DNA of 64,000 bases, taken from positions 1 to 64,000 of IMG/VR virus record IMGVR_UViG_3300045253_000023. One strand, given 5' to 3'. Below, one piece after another: positions 55,572-64,000 of this stretch; within the stretch, counting starts at the first letter, position 1, and every line of letters starts with the position of its first letter. The notes under the pieces are model-generated. The model saw only the letters and a program-made list of their open reading frames with translations. It was not told where the DNA came from and made no database searches. The position numbers and the translations under genes were made by a program. The stretch comes from a virus.

Positions 55572-58148
55572 ATGTATACATCTGTCGTTCCCTATGGGAA
55601 CTCACTACTCATACGCGAACGTGATGCCAAAGGTCGTTTGAAGGCATGGCGTGAGCGTGAGTTTCAGCCATCTGTCTATATCCATTCAGAGAAAGGCAGC
55701 TTCACCAATCTACGTGGTGATCAGAAACTTGCTCGTGTCGAAACTGGTGACATCGCAGCAACCAAAGACTTCATGGAGTCTTATGTCGAAAACAGCAACG
55801 TCTCAATCTATGGGATGGATAACATTGCTCTGCAATACATTCAAGCCATGTATGACCGCAAGCAACCCATTCCCAAAAGCGCCATTCGAACTGGAACGCT
55901 CGACATTGAAGTTGGTTCAGATCAAGGTTTTCCAGACCCCATGGAAGCCAAATATCCCGTCACAGCAATCACTTATTTCGACTCATTCGATAACATATTC
56001 CACGTTTGGAGTACATGTGCTTGGGAAAGTTCCAAGAGTGAACTGAAGCCTGATGTTCTTCACAGAGTCAAGTATACGCAATGTGATACTGAAGAAGACA
56101 TCCTGCGCGGATTCATGGAATACTGGACAAGCAACTATCCAGACATCATCACTGGTTGGAACACAGATGGATTCGACTTGATCTATCTCTACAACCGCAT
56201 GGTTGGTATTTGGGATGAAACGGAAGCCAACACCATGTCTCCATGGAATGTTGTGCGCACCAAGAAGTTCACCAAGTTCAACAAAGACCAGCATGAAGTC
56301 AATCTGCTGGGCATCAATCAACTGGACTACCTGAAGCTGTATCGCAAGCATACATTCAAGATGCAGGAGTCTTATTCGCTTGACCATATTGCTTCCATTG
56401 AGCTCAAGGGTCATCGCAAACTGTCTTATGAAGAAGTCGGTTCTCTTCATGAACTCTACAAAACCAATCCCCAAAAGTACGTTGATTACAACATCACCGA
56501 CGTTGATTTGGTGTTGCGTATTGACTTCAAGAAGAAGCTGCTGGCTCTGGTGATTGACGTTGCATACTTCGCTGGTGTCAACTACGACGACACGTTCTCT
56601 CCAGTGAAGATTTGGGAAGCCAAAATCTATGACTATCTCATGAGCAATGGCATCATTGTTCCATGGAAGTCCAATCAAGGAGACAATGACTCTGGCGGTG
56701 AATTGCTTGGAGCATTTGTCAAAGAGGCTCCAACTGGCAAGATATGGAAATGGGTGATGTCTTTTGACTTGACCTCATTGTATCCATCCATCATGCGCCA
56801 ATGGAATCTGGGTCCAGACACACTCACATTGCCTCGCAATTATGAATTGCAGCAAATCCATAATCTGAACATTGTCAACAAAATTCTCAAGATGGAATTG
56901 ACAGAAGGTCAATTGGAAGCATTGCGCATGGAGAATTTGTGCCTTGCTGGCAATGGAACATTCTACACCAACAGCAAAAAGTCCTTCATGAATGTGCTCA
57001 TGGAAGAATTGTTCACTGAGCGCAAACGTTGTAAGGACTTGTCGATTGCGGCAAAGAAAGCCAAGACGCATTTGGAAGAAGGCTCTGATGAATGGAAGAA
57101 ACAAGATGCCATCGTCAGTGAGAACTTTGTTCGCGAACAAGCACTCAAGGTGTTGCTGAACTCAGCATATGGCGCTTTGGGCAACGCATACTTCATGTTC
57201 TATGATTTGGATGTGGCAGGTGCTGTGACGTATTCAGGTCAGGCCATCACACAATGGATTGAGATTCGTCTCAACAAATATCTGAATGATCTGTTCAAAA
57301 CCCAAAACGTGGATTACATTTTGTACATCGACACTGACTCAGTGTACATCAACTGCGAACAGTTTGTCAAACGTTTCATTCCAAAGGGAACACCAGAGAA
57401 TGACATCGTTGATTTCCTGGACAAGGTGGGTCAGAAGTTCCGCGATGATGTGATTGATCCAGGCTATGAGCATTTGCAGAAACACCTGAATTGCATGGAA
57501 CAGCTGATGATCATGAAGCGCGAAGCCATCGCCTCGGCCGCATTCTGGAAGGCCAAGAAGAAGTATGCCATGCGCGTACTTGATTCTGAAGGTGTCCGTG
57601 AGGAAGACTACAAGATCATGGGCTTGGAAGCAATTTCAACCAAGACCCCAATTTTCTCACGCAAGGCGCTCAAGGAAGCATACAAGATCATTCTCACCAA
57701 AGAGAATGAAGCACTGCTTGACTTCATTGATGAGTTCCGAACAAAGGTCGATGGCCTGTCCATTGAAGACCTGGCACTTGGCACATCTGTCTCTGGTCTG
57801 AAGAAGTATTCAGATGATGAAGGCTATCCAATCCAAGGCACCCCACAGCATGTAGCAGCCGCGTTGCTCTACAATCGTCTGATCAAGCAATATGGTGTGG
57901 ATGGCACCTATGAGTCCATCAAGGAAGGCGAGAAGATGAAGATGGTCTATCTTAAACAACGCAATCCATTGAAGACCTTCACTGTAGTTGGTTTCTCCAG
58001 CTTCTGGCCTCGTCAATTTGAGCTTGACAAGTTCATTGATCGCAACCGCATGTTTGAGCGTGGATTCTTGTCACCACTCGCTGAGATGTGCGACACATTC
58101 AATTGGCAAACTGAACGTGTTGCCGATTTGACACAATTTTTCACATAA
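55572..58148 (+). CDS. gp43: Family B DNA polymerase gp43
   Basis: LDIEV (ExoI), TGWN..GFD, YNITDV, SFDLTSLYPSI, K..LNSAYGALGN, YIDTDSVY, KKKY; uninterrupted. Confidence 0.98.
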   Translation: MYTSVVPYGNSLLIRERDAKGRLKAWREREFQPSVYIHSEKGSFTNLRGDQKLARVETGDIAATKDFMESYVENSNVSIYGMDNIALQYIQAMYDRKQPIPKSAIRTGTLDIEVGSDQGFPDPMEAKYPVTAITYFDSFDNIFHVWSTCAWESSKSELKPDVLHRVKYTQCDTEEDILRGFMEYWTSNYPDIITGWNTDGFDLIYLYNRMVGIWDETEANTMSPWNVVRTKKFTKFNKDQHEVNLLGINQLDYLKLYRKHTFKMQESYSLDHIASIELKGHRKLSYEEVGSLHELYKTNPQKYVDYNITDVDLVLRIDFKKKLLALVIDVAYFAGVNYDDTFSPVKIWEAKIYDYLMSNGIIVPWKSNQGDNDSGGELLGAFVKEAPTGKIWKWVMSFDLTSLYPSIMRQWNLGPDTLTLPRNYELQQIHNLNIVNKILKMELTEGQLEALRMENLCLAGNGTFYTNSKKSFMNVLMEELFTERKRCKDLSIAAKKAKTHLEEGSDEWKKQDAIVSENFVREQALKVLLNSAYGALGNAYFMFYDLDVAGAVTYSGQAITQWIEIRLNKYLNDLFKTQNVDYILYIDTDSVYINCEQFVKRFIPKGTPENDIVDFLDKVGQKFRDDVIDPGYEHLQKHLNCMEQLMIMKREAIASAAFWKAKKKYAMRVLDSEGVREEDYKIMGLEAISTKTPIFSRKALKEAYKIILTKENEALLDFIDEFRTKVDGLSIEDLALGTSVSGLKKYSDDEGYPIQGTPQHVAAALLYNRLIKQYGVDGTYESIKEGEKMKMVYLKQRNPLKTFTVVGFSSFWPRQFELDKFIDRNRMFERGFLSPLAEMCDTFNWQTERVADLTQFFT

Positions 58149-58157
58149 GGAAACCCC

Positions 58158-59270
58158 ATGTCCAAAGTATCCGAACTTGCTAAGAAACTCCTGGCGTCAT
58201 CGAAGTCTGAATATGCCTCGATGATTGAAGAATCAGAAGTGTTCAAGAAGACCTTTGTCCAAACTGAAATTCCAATCATCAATGCTGCTCTGTCTGGACA
58301 TCTTGATGGTGGTTTGACTTCAGGTCACACAGTGCTTGCTGGTGAATCGCGTTCATTCAAGACCTTGATTGGTTTGTTCTTGATGCGCGCCTATCTCAAC
58401 AAGTTTCCAGACGCAGTTGCCGTCATGTACGACAATGAGTTTGGTTCTCCTCCGATCTATTTGGAAGGCATGGGCATTGACACCAAGCGCCTGATCCATG
58501 TTCCATTCACCAATGTTGAGCAATTGAAGTTCTCACTGGTGTCCCAGTTGGACTCAGTAAAGCGTGGCGACAAGGTGTACTTCTTCATTGATTCCATTGG
58601 CGCAGCAGCATCCAAGAAGGAATTGGAAGATGCGCAGAAGGAATCCAGTGCAGCAGACATGACGCGCGCAAAGCAGATCAAGTCGTTGTTCCGCATGATC
58701 ACTCCATACTTCTCATTGCTGGATATTCCGTTGGTGACCATCAACCATATCTACATGACGCAAGAATTGTATGCACAGGCTGTCGTGTCTGGTGGTACTG
58801 GTGTCATGTTGTCAGCAGACACCTGCTTGATCATCACCAAGTCGAAGTTGAAAGAAACCATTGGTGGCAAAGAAAAACACAGTGGATTCCAATTCAACAT
58901 CAATGTTGAAAAGAGTCGTTTTGTGAAAGAAAAGTCGCGCTTGCCGTTGACTGTTCGATTCGATCGTGGTATTGATCCATGGTCAGGCTTGTTTGAACTT
59001 GGTCTTGAATTGGGCTACATCGTCCAACCAAAGAACGCATGGTATGCGCGCACCTTCCTCGACAAGAAGACAGGTGAGTTGGTTCCAGAAGCAAAGAACT
59101 GGCGCAAGGAAGATACCAAGTCCACTGAGTTCTGGACTGAATTGATTGAGAAGTCTGACTTCGCAAAGTCAGTTTCCCGTCACTATGCTCTCAAGAGCGA
59201 AAACCTTGTATCGGAGGATTCCAATGCGATTCTGGCAATGTTTGAAAACGCTCCTGAGTCGGAAGACTAA
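58158..59270 (+). CDS. uvsX: RecA-like recombinase UvsX
   Basis: NAALSG.LDGGL, AGESRSFKT, YDNEFG, IDSIG..ASKKE, ADMTRAKQIKSLFR, VSGGTG, KSRFVKEKS. Confidence 0.97.
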   Translation: MSKVSELAKKLLASSKSEYASMIEESEVFKKTFVQTEIPIINAALSGHLDGGLTSGHTVLAGESRSFKTLIGLFLMRAYLNKFPDAVAVMYDNEFGSPPIYLEGMGIDTKRLIHVPFTNVEQLKFSLVSQLDSVKRGDKVYFFIDSIGAAASKKELEDAQKESSAADMTRAKQIKSLFRMITPYFSLLDIPLVTINHIYMTQELYAQAVVSGGTGVMLSADTCLIITKSKLKETIGGKEKHSGFQFNINVEKSRFVKEKSRLPLTVRFDRGIDPWSGLFELGLELGYIVQPKNAWYARTFLDKKTGELVPEAKNWRKEDTKSTEFWTELIEKSDFAKSVSRHYALKSENLVSEDSNAILAMFENAPESED

Positions 59271-59559
59271 GGAAGCAGACATCATCCGCAGGAACGTGAC
59301 CATCGATGGGCGCAAATGGCCCATCATGATCACAGACATCAGACCCTGTTTTGAGATTGATGGCAAAGTTGGTATTCAAGTTGATTGGCAGCTTGATTTG
59401 ACTAATCCTCGTCTTTCAGGTATGATAAAGTCTCTACAGCTTCCTGATGGTGAAGTTGTACCGCACTCCGCGATCAAACCAAAAGAACTCGATGAAGTGA
59501 TGACCAAGATTGGAGACTATCTCCAAGCTGAACTCGCTGAGGGTTTCAAACAAGGATAA
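59224..59559 (+). CDS. Hypothetical protein (gp40 position)
   Basis: GGAGGA SD before ATG 59224; lies between uvsX and gp41; start uncertain. Confidence 0.5.
   Translation: MRFWQCLKTLLSRKTKEADIIRRNVTIDGRKWPIMITDIRPCFEIDGKVGIQVDWQLDLTNPRLSGMIKSLQLPDGEVVPHSAIKPKELDEVMTKIGDYLQAELAEGFKQG
59398..59426 (+). promoter_or_regulatory. Intragenic sigma70-like promoter upstream of gp41
   Basis: TTGACT-N17-TATGAT. Confidence 0.6.
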
Positions 59560-59562
59560 CAC

Positions 59563-61032
59563 ATGAGCGATGAATCACAACAGAAGAGCATCAAATCGCT
59601 GTCTTCTGTTCCTGATCTTGTTCTCCATGGCCTGTTGTTCAATGAAGAGTATTTCCGACATGTAATTCCATACCTGAAGAAAGAGTACTTCGAAGATGAG
59701 TCATCAAAGATCATCTTCGATACTATTCAAGACTTCGAGAAGGAATACAGCAGCCGCGCAACGCCTGCTTCATTGTTCATCTCAATTGAGAAGCGCAAGG
59801 GCATCTCAGAAACAACGCTCAACGATTGTGTTCAAAAGATCGAAGACATTGTTTCTCATGAAGAATCTGGACTAACAACAGACAATCAATGGCTCACCAA
59901 CTCCACCGAGAGTTGGGTCAAGGACCGCGCGTTCTTCTCTGTGTTGTTGAAGGCAGCTGATGCTGTCAATGGCAAGAAAGAGATGTCGCAACTTGGCATC
60001 CCTGATGAGATGAATGAGGCCATGTCCATCTCATTCAACACTACGATCGGTCATGACTATCTGGTGGACGCTGAGAAGCGATATGAGTTCTACCACAAGA
60101 AAGAGAACAAGATTCCATTCAAGATTGAGATGTTCAATCGTATTACCAAGGGTGGATTGGTTCCGAAGACACTGACATGTTTCATGTCGAACACGACAGG
60201 TGGATTCAAGTCAGGTACGATGTGCGATTATGCGGCATTCTTGTTGACACAAGGCTATGATGTGTTGTACATCACCTTAGAAATGTCTGAAGAGAAGATT
60301 GCTCATCGTATTGACGGCAATCTGATGAACCTGGAGTTGGATTATGTTGAGACCATTGGGCGCGAGAACTACATGTCCAAGGTTGAAAAGATGCGCAAGG
60401 ATTACACTGGCAAGCTCATCATCAAGGAATTCCCAACATCAGGCGCGCATGCTGGACACTTCCGCTATCTGTTGAAGGAACTCAAGCAGAAGAAGAAATT
60501 CAAACCAAAGGTTGTGTTCATTGACTATCTGAATATCTGCTCTTCCTCGCGTCTCTCTGCTGCCACATCAAACAGCTACAGCTATGTCAAGTCGATTGCC
60601 GAGGAGTTGCGCGGACTTGCGATCGAGATGGACTTTGCCTGTGTCACTGGTACACAAGGTGGTCGCGATGCGATTGAGTCCACTGATGTGGGTCTGGGTG
60701 ATGTTTCTGAATCCATCGGCCTTCCAAACACCTGCGATCTGTTTCTTGCTATCATCACCACTGAACAATTGGACAGCATGAATCAGCTGATGTTCAAACA
60801 GCTGAAGAATCGCTATGGTGATTTGGCAAAGTATCGAACCTTTGCAGTGGGTGTCAACAAGGCCAAGATGCAATTATATGACATCAGCAACCAGCAACAG
60901 CCTGGAGTAGTCGCGCCCAAAGGTCGTACAGTGACGACAGGAAATGGTTCTGAGGAGATCAATCTGGAGACAGGCGAAGTAACCAAGATTGCGCAAAGCA
61001 AGAAAGGCAACTTCGATGGATTCAAGTTCTGA
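59563..61032 (+). CDS. gp41: Replicative DnaB-like helicase gp41
   Basis: VIPYLKKEYF, IGHDY, ITKGG, LYITLEMSEEKI, IIKEFPT, IDYLNIC, KSIAEELRGLA, QLKNRYGD. Confidence 0.96.
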   Translation: MSDESQQKSIKSLSSVPDLVLHGLLFNEEYFRHVIPYLKKEYFEDESSKIIFDTIQDFEKEYSSRATPASLFISIEKRKGISETTLNDCVQKIEDIVSHEESGLTTDNQWLTNSTESWVKDRAFFSVLLKAADAVNGKKEMSQLGIPDEMNEAMSISFNTTIGHDYLVDAEKRYEFYHKKENKIPFKIEMFNRITKGGLVPKTLTCFMSNTTGGFKSGTMCDYAAFLLTQGYDVLYITLEMSEEKIAHRIDGNLMNLELDYVETIGRENYMSKVEKMRKDYTGKLIIKEFPTSGAHAGHFRYLLKELKQKKKFKPKVVFIDYLNICSSSRLSAATSNSYSYVKSIAEELRGLAIEMDFACVTGTQGGRDAIESTDVGLGDVSESIGLPNTCDLFLAIITTEQLDSMNQLMFKQLKNRYGDLAKYRTFAVGVNKAKMQLYDISNQQQPGVVAPKGRTVTTGNGSEEINLETGEVTKIAQSKKGNFDGFKF

Positions 61033-61038
61033 TTGTTG

Positions 61039-61539
61039 TTACTTCTCGAGTTTCTGAATGCCTTGCGATGTTTCTTGGGCAGGCCACAGGTGTCTGTCAA
61101 CATATGGAGCAAGGAAGCTCATGATGGCAAGAGCACCAATCAACAACCAACGCGCAATCTCAAGTTTGCGGATGCGCTCATCTCTGATTTTGTTGTCTTC
61201 CTTTCTGTCAAGTTCGCGCTGATCAGCTTCCTTGCGAAGCTGTACAACTTCAGCATCGTTGTCCTTCTCCATTCGCTCAAGGTTCTTTGTAAGAACATCA
61301 TCTTTGGAATTCAGCAACTTTTCCATGGTGAGCATGGTTCGTTCCTGAATGCTGATGACAGCTTCAAGTTTGGATGTGACGCCATCGATCTTGCTGACTG
61401 TGTTGTCAATTTTTCCATACAAGAACTGGAGTGATTGAATGTCACGTTTGACAATTTGGATGTCAGTCTTGGCGTTTGCTAGGTCGCGTGCGATTTCGCC
61501 TTCGAAGAAAGATGAGTTATCTTGTGGTCTAGGCGACAT
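61039..61539 (-). CDS. Coiled-coil protein with C-terminal TM helix
   Basis: AAGGGA SD on the minus strand; long heptad region then RIRKLEIARWLLIGALAIMSFLA. Confidence 0.75.
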   Translation of the reverse strand: MSPRPQDNSSFFEGEIARDLANAKTDIQIVKRDIQSLQFLYGKIDNTVSKIDGVTSKLEAVISIQERTMLTMEKLLNSKDDVLTKNLERMEKDNDAEVVQLRKEADQRELDRKEDNKIRDERIRKLEIARWLLIGALAIMSFLAPYVDRHLWPAQETSQGIQKLEK

Positions 61540-61543
61540 TGTT

Positions 61544-61942
61544 TTACAATCCCTTGAGAAATTTGTCAATTGATGAATCGCACTTTACTCCACCATCATT
61601 CTCAGGTAGAATAGAAAGAAACCGCAAGAATGAATTCAGCTGAGGCTGAAATTCCTTGGGGACGTAAAAGTGCAACAGTTTGTTTGTGGCTTCTGCACCA
61701 AACAAATTGTTCAGTGTTATAATGTGGTTCAACGTCAGATGATGGTTGTCTGATTCACCTTTCTTATATCTGGTCATCAACTTTTTGATGTAGAAGAAGA
61801 TTCGCATGTCCTCATCGAATTCATCTCCATTGAACATCTGGTCATTTTTGTAGTGCCGCCAGGCATATTTTCTCACGCTGTCTTTGTTCAATACTTCATC
61901 TTGGTCGTTCATATAGTCCATGTCGTTAATCTCAGATACCAA
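61544..61942 (-). CDS. Conserved T4-like hypothetical protein
   Basis: YA.RHY.N......EFDED...F.YIKKL..RY.......L.LNHII.L.NLFG pattern recognised from cyanomyovirus-type genomes; start uncertain (61942 or 61921). Confidence 0.75.
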   Translation of the reverse strand: MVSEINDMDYMNDQDEVLNKDSVRKYAWRHYKNDQMFNGDEFDEDMRIFFYIKKLMTRYKKGESDNHHLTLNHIITLNNLFGAEATNKLLHFYVPKEFQPQLNSFLRFLSILPENDGGVKCDSSIDKFLKGL

Positions 61943-62954
61943 ATTCCTGCTGATGATCTCTCATAAACTTGAGGGATTTCATCAGACATCCTCAACGACA
62001 TGGAACTGTCGCTGTCCATTGTGTGGTGACTCCGAGAAGAAGAAGTCCAAGATGCGTGGCTACTTCTACCCATCAAAGAATGGAGACTCAATCTCATTCA
62101 AGTGTCACAATTGCGGTGAAAGCCACTCGTTGTCTTATATCATAAAACTGGCAGCCAAAGACTACTATCAACAATACTTATATGAGAGGCTTGTGGGAAG
62201 GCAGGGCCAACGCAGAATGCGTGCACTAGACCCTGTTCCTCAAGAACGAAAGCCAAACAGAGCAGTTGCTGTTGACAACTTCAACAAGCTCATATATCGC
62301 ATTGATATGCTGCCAAAAGATCACGACGCACCACAGTATCTAGCTTCTCGATCTATACCAGAAACAGCTTGGAAAACCATGATGTGGACGCCTACATTCA
62401 TGGCATTTGTCAACAGTGTTGTCCCAGACAAATTCAACGAGCGATCCCTAAGTAACGATTATCCAGCATTGATTCTTCCCATGATCGACAAAGACAACGT
62501 TGTCTTTGGCTTTCAAGGTCGATCTCTTGTTGATGATCCATACATTCCAAGATACATCAGCATCATGCTGGATGAGAACAAGGAACGTTTGTTTGGGCTC
62601 AACAGAGTTGACATGAACAAGAAGTTCTATGTCGTTGAAGGACCACTGGATTCTCTCTTCCTTGATAACTCTATTGCCGTTTGTGGGTCAGACATGCAAC
62701 GAGTCGAAGGCACCAACGCGGTGTTTGTGACTGATTGCGAACCACGAAACAAACAAATCGTCGGGAAGATACAGAAGCTCATCGAAGCAAACCGCAAAGT
62801 CTGTCTGTTGCCGCCAGAAGTTTTCTCTGGTGAGGACATCAATGACATGATCGATGCTGGTTACACCCAAGAAGAAATACACGACCTGCTTGATATGCAC
62901 ACATATCAAGGAGCAGTCGCATTCATTCAATTCCAGAAATGGCGCAGAGTTTAA
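61920..62954 (+). CDS. gp61: DNA primase gp61
   Basis: CRCPLCGDS...RGY...FKCHNCG zinc finger, GFQGRSL, VVEGPLDSLFL, D.EPRN, DINDM (TOPRIM). Confidence 0.96.
   Translation: MSLISDTKFLLMISHKLEGFHQTSSTTWNCRCPLCGDSEKKKSKMRGYFYPSKNGDSISFKCHNCGESHSLSYIIKLAAKDYYQQYLYERLVGRQGQRRMRALDPVPQERKPNRAVAVDNFNKLIYRIDMLPKDHDAPQYLASRSIPETAWKTMMWTPTFMAFVNSVVPDKFNERSLSNDYPALILPMIDKDNVVFGFQGRSLVDDPYIPRYISIMLDENKERLFGLNRVDMNKKFYVVEGPLDSLFLDNSIAVCGSDMQRVEGTNAVFVTDCEPRNKQIVGKIQKLIEANRKVCLLPPEVFSGEDINDMIDAGYTQEEIHDLLDMHTYQGAVAFIQFQKWRRV
62175..62182 (-). promoter_or_regulatory. Putative minus-strand late promoter TATAAGTA inside primase
   Basis: The + strand reads TACTTATA; it points into the only two minus-strand genes. 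Confidence 0.55.
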
Positions 62955-62968
62955 TACAGGAGCAACAC

Positions 62969-64000
62969 ATGTCTGATACGCAGGAACTCATTGACTATTC
63001 CACACCTGGAGTCATTCCACCTTGGTCCACCATTGGTTTGATCACAGCAAAACGAACATATTGCCGCAGACTGGATGAGAACAATGAGGATGGTCCAAAA
63101 GAGGAATGGGATGACGTTTGCAATCGCGTTGTAAACTCTGCAAGAACACAATTGAAGGTTCCATTTGAACCTGGTGAGGCTGAGTCCTTGTTTCATATTC
63201 TCCATGAGCTCAAGGGAAGTGTTGCTGGACGTTTCTTGTGGCAGCTTGGAACATCGACTGTTGACAAGTTGGGAATGGCTTCGCTTCAGAACTGCGCAGC
63301 TGTCGTTGTTGATGAGCCTGTGCGTCCATTCACTTGGGCCATGGACATGCTCATGCTTGGTTCTGGAATTGGTTACAATATCCAGCGCGAGTATGTGTAC
63401 AAGTTGCCGAAAGTGAAGGAAGATTACATCAAGCCTGTGCGACAGGACAATGCTTCTGCTGACTTCATCGTGCCTGATACTCGCGAAGGATGGGTCAAGT
63501 TGCTTGAATACACACTCAAGAGCGCATTTGAGGATGGTCACAAACCAGGCTTCAAGTATTCATCTCAGTTGATTCGTGGTAAGGGCACCCCAATCAAGGG
63601 ATTCGGTGGAGTTGCCTCTGGTCCAGAAGAACTTTGCCTTGGCATTGGTCAGATTGGTGAAGTGATTGAGAACCGTGCTGGCAAACAGCTGCGTCCGATC
63701 GACTGCCTTGACATCATGAACATCATTGGTCAGATTGTTGTTTCTGGTAATGTTCGTCGCAGTGCCCAGATTGCTATTGGCGATGCGGATGACTTCCAGT
63801 TTCTGCGTGCTAAGAATTGGGCATCGGGCAACATTCCCAACTGGCGCTCCAATTCAAACAACTCTGTGGTCTGCAACAACATTGATGATCTGCCAGATGA
63901 ATTCTGGAAGAACTACAATGGCAACAGCGAACCATATGGCTTGATCAATCTCAAGCTGGCGCGCTCGATGGGTCGCACTGGCGAAACCCAGTACAAAGAC
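62969..64000 (+). CDS. nrdJ: Class II (adenosylcobalamin-dependent) ribonucleotide reductase, 3' truncated (not in ORF track)
   Basis: Hand translation: KRTYCR...AGRFLWQLG...LQNCA...MDMLMLGSGIG...DTREGW...GFGGVASGP...VVSGNVRRSAQIAIGD...WRSNSNNSV; AGGAG SD. Confidence 0.9.
   Translation, partial: MSDTQELIDYSTPGVIPPWSTIGLITAKRTYCRRLDENNEDGPKEEWDDVCNRVVNSARTQLKVPFEPGEAESLFHILHELKGSVAGRFLWQLGTSTVDKLGMASLQNCAAVVVDEPVRPFTWAMDMLMLGSGIGYNIQREYVYKLPKVKEDYIKPVRQDNASADFIVPDTREGWVKLLEYTLKSAFEDGHKPGFKYSSQLIRGKGTPIKGFGGVASGPEELCLGIGQIGEVIENRAGKQLRPIDCLDIMNIIGQIVVSGNVRRSAQIAIGDADDFQFLRAKNWASGNIPNWRSNSNNSVVCNNIDDLPDEFWKNYNGNSEPYGLINLKLARSMGRTGETQYKD

Noticed and set aside
32704-58148. Introns, inteins or homing endonucleases in terminase, portal, capsid, gp46 or polymerase
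   Set aside because: All are continuous ORFs of ordinary length with no recognisable insertion.
61033-61434. Plus-strand 133-aa ORF
   Set aside because: Shadow of the minus-strand coiled-coil/TM gene, which has an SD and a coherent protein pattern.
62951-63541. Minus-strand 196-aa ORF and nearby short ORFs
   Set aside because: Antisense shadow of the NrdJ frame starting at 62969.
1-64000. Stop-codon reassignment, tRNA genes, integrase or transposase
   Set aside because: Core genes are full-length under the standard code and end in TAA, TAG or TGA; no cloverleaf or recombinase motif was recognised by eye (tRNAscan not run).

Overview
A 64-kb segment of a large T4-like (Tevenvirinae/cyanomyovirus-style gene order) myophage genome, almost entirely on the + strand. 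The host is Gram-negative, since an i-spanin/o-spanin pair is present. In order: baseplate wedge genes (gp7-like truncated at the left edge, gp8, a 2421-aa VrlC/DUF4815-like protein); a fibre/appendage block with three collagen-like genes, a 2OG-Fe(II) oxygenase and a 1782-aa fibre; an embedded lysis cassette; neck, tail and head genes (gp13-23, gp3); uvsY/uvsW, gp55, gp47/46; replication genes (gp45/44/62, regA, gp43, uvsX, gp41, gp61); and a class II ribonucleotide reductase truncated at the right edge. Most notable observations: (1) every CCGG I could find lies in the context TCCGGAA, pointing to a restriction-avoidance or DNA-modification rule; (2) collagen-like genes next to a putative late-expressed 2OG-Fe(II) hydroxylase; (3) gp15 fused to Ig-like and SPRY-like domains; (4) a second gp21 homologue lacking the catalytic motifs; (5) a variant late-promoter motif, (C/A)TAAGTA; (6) an abrupt CpG drop after an intergenic hairpin at about 1.2-1.35 kb. 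All protein assignments are from motif recognition and synteny, not database searches. No tRNA, CRISPR array, intron or intein was recognised.
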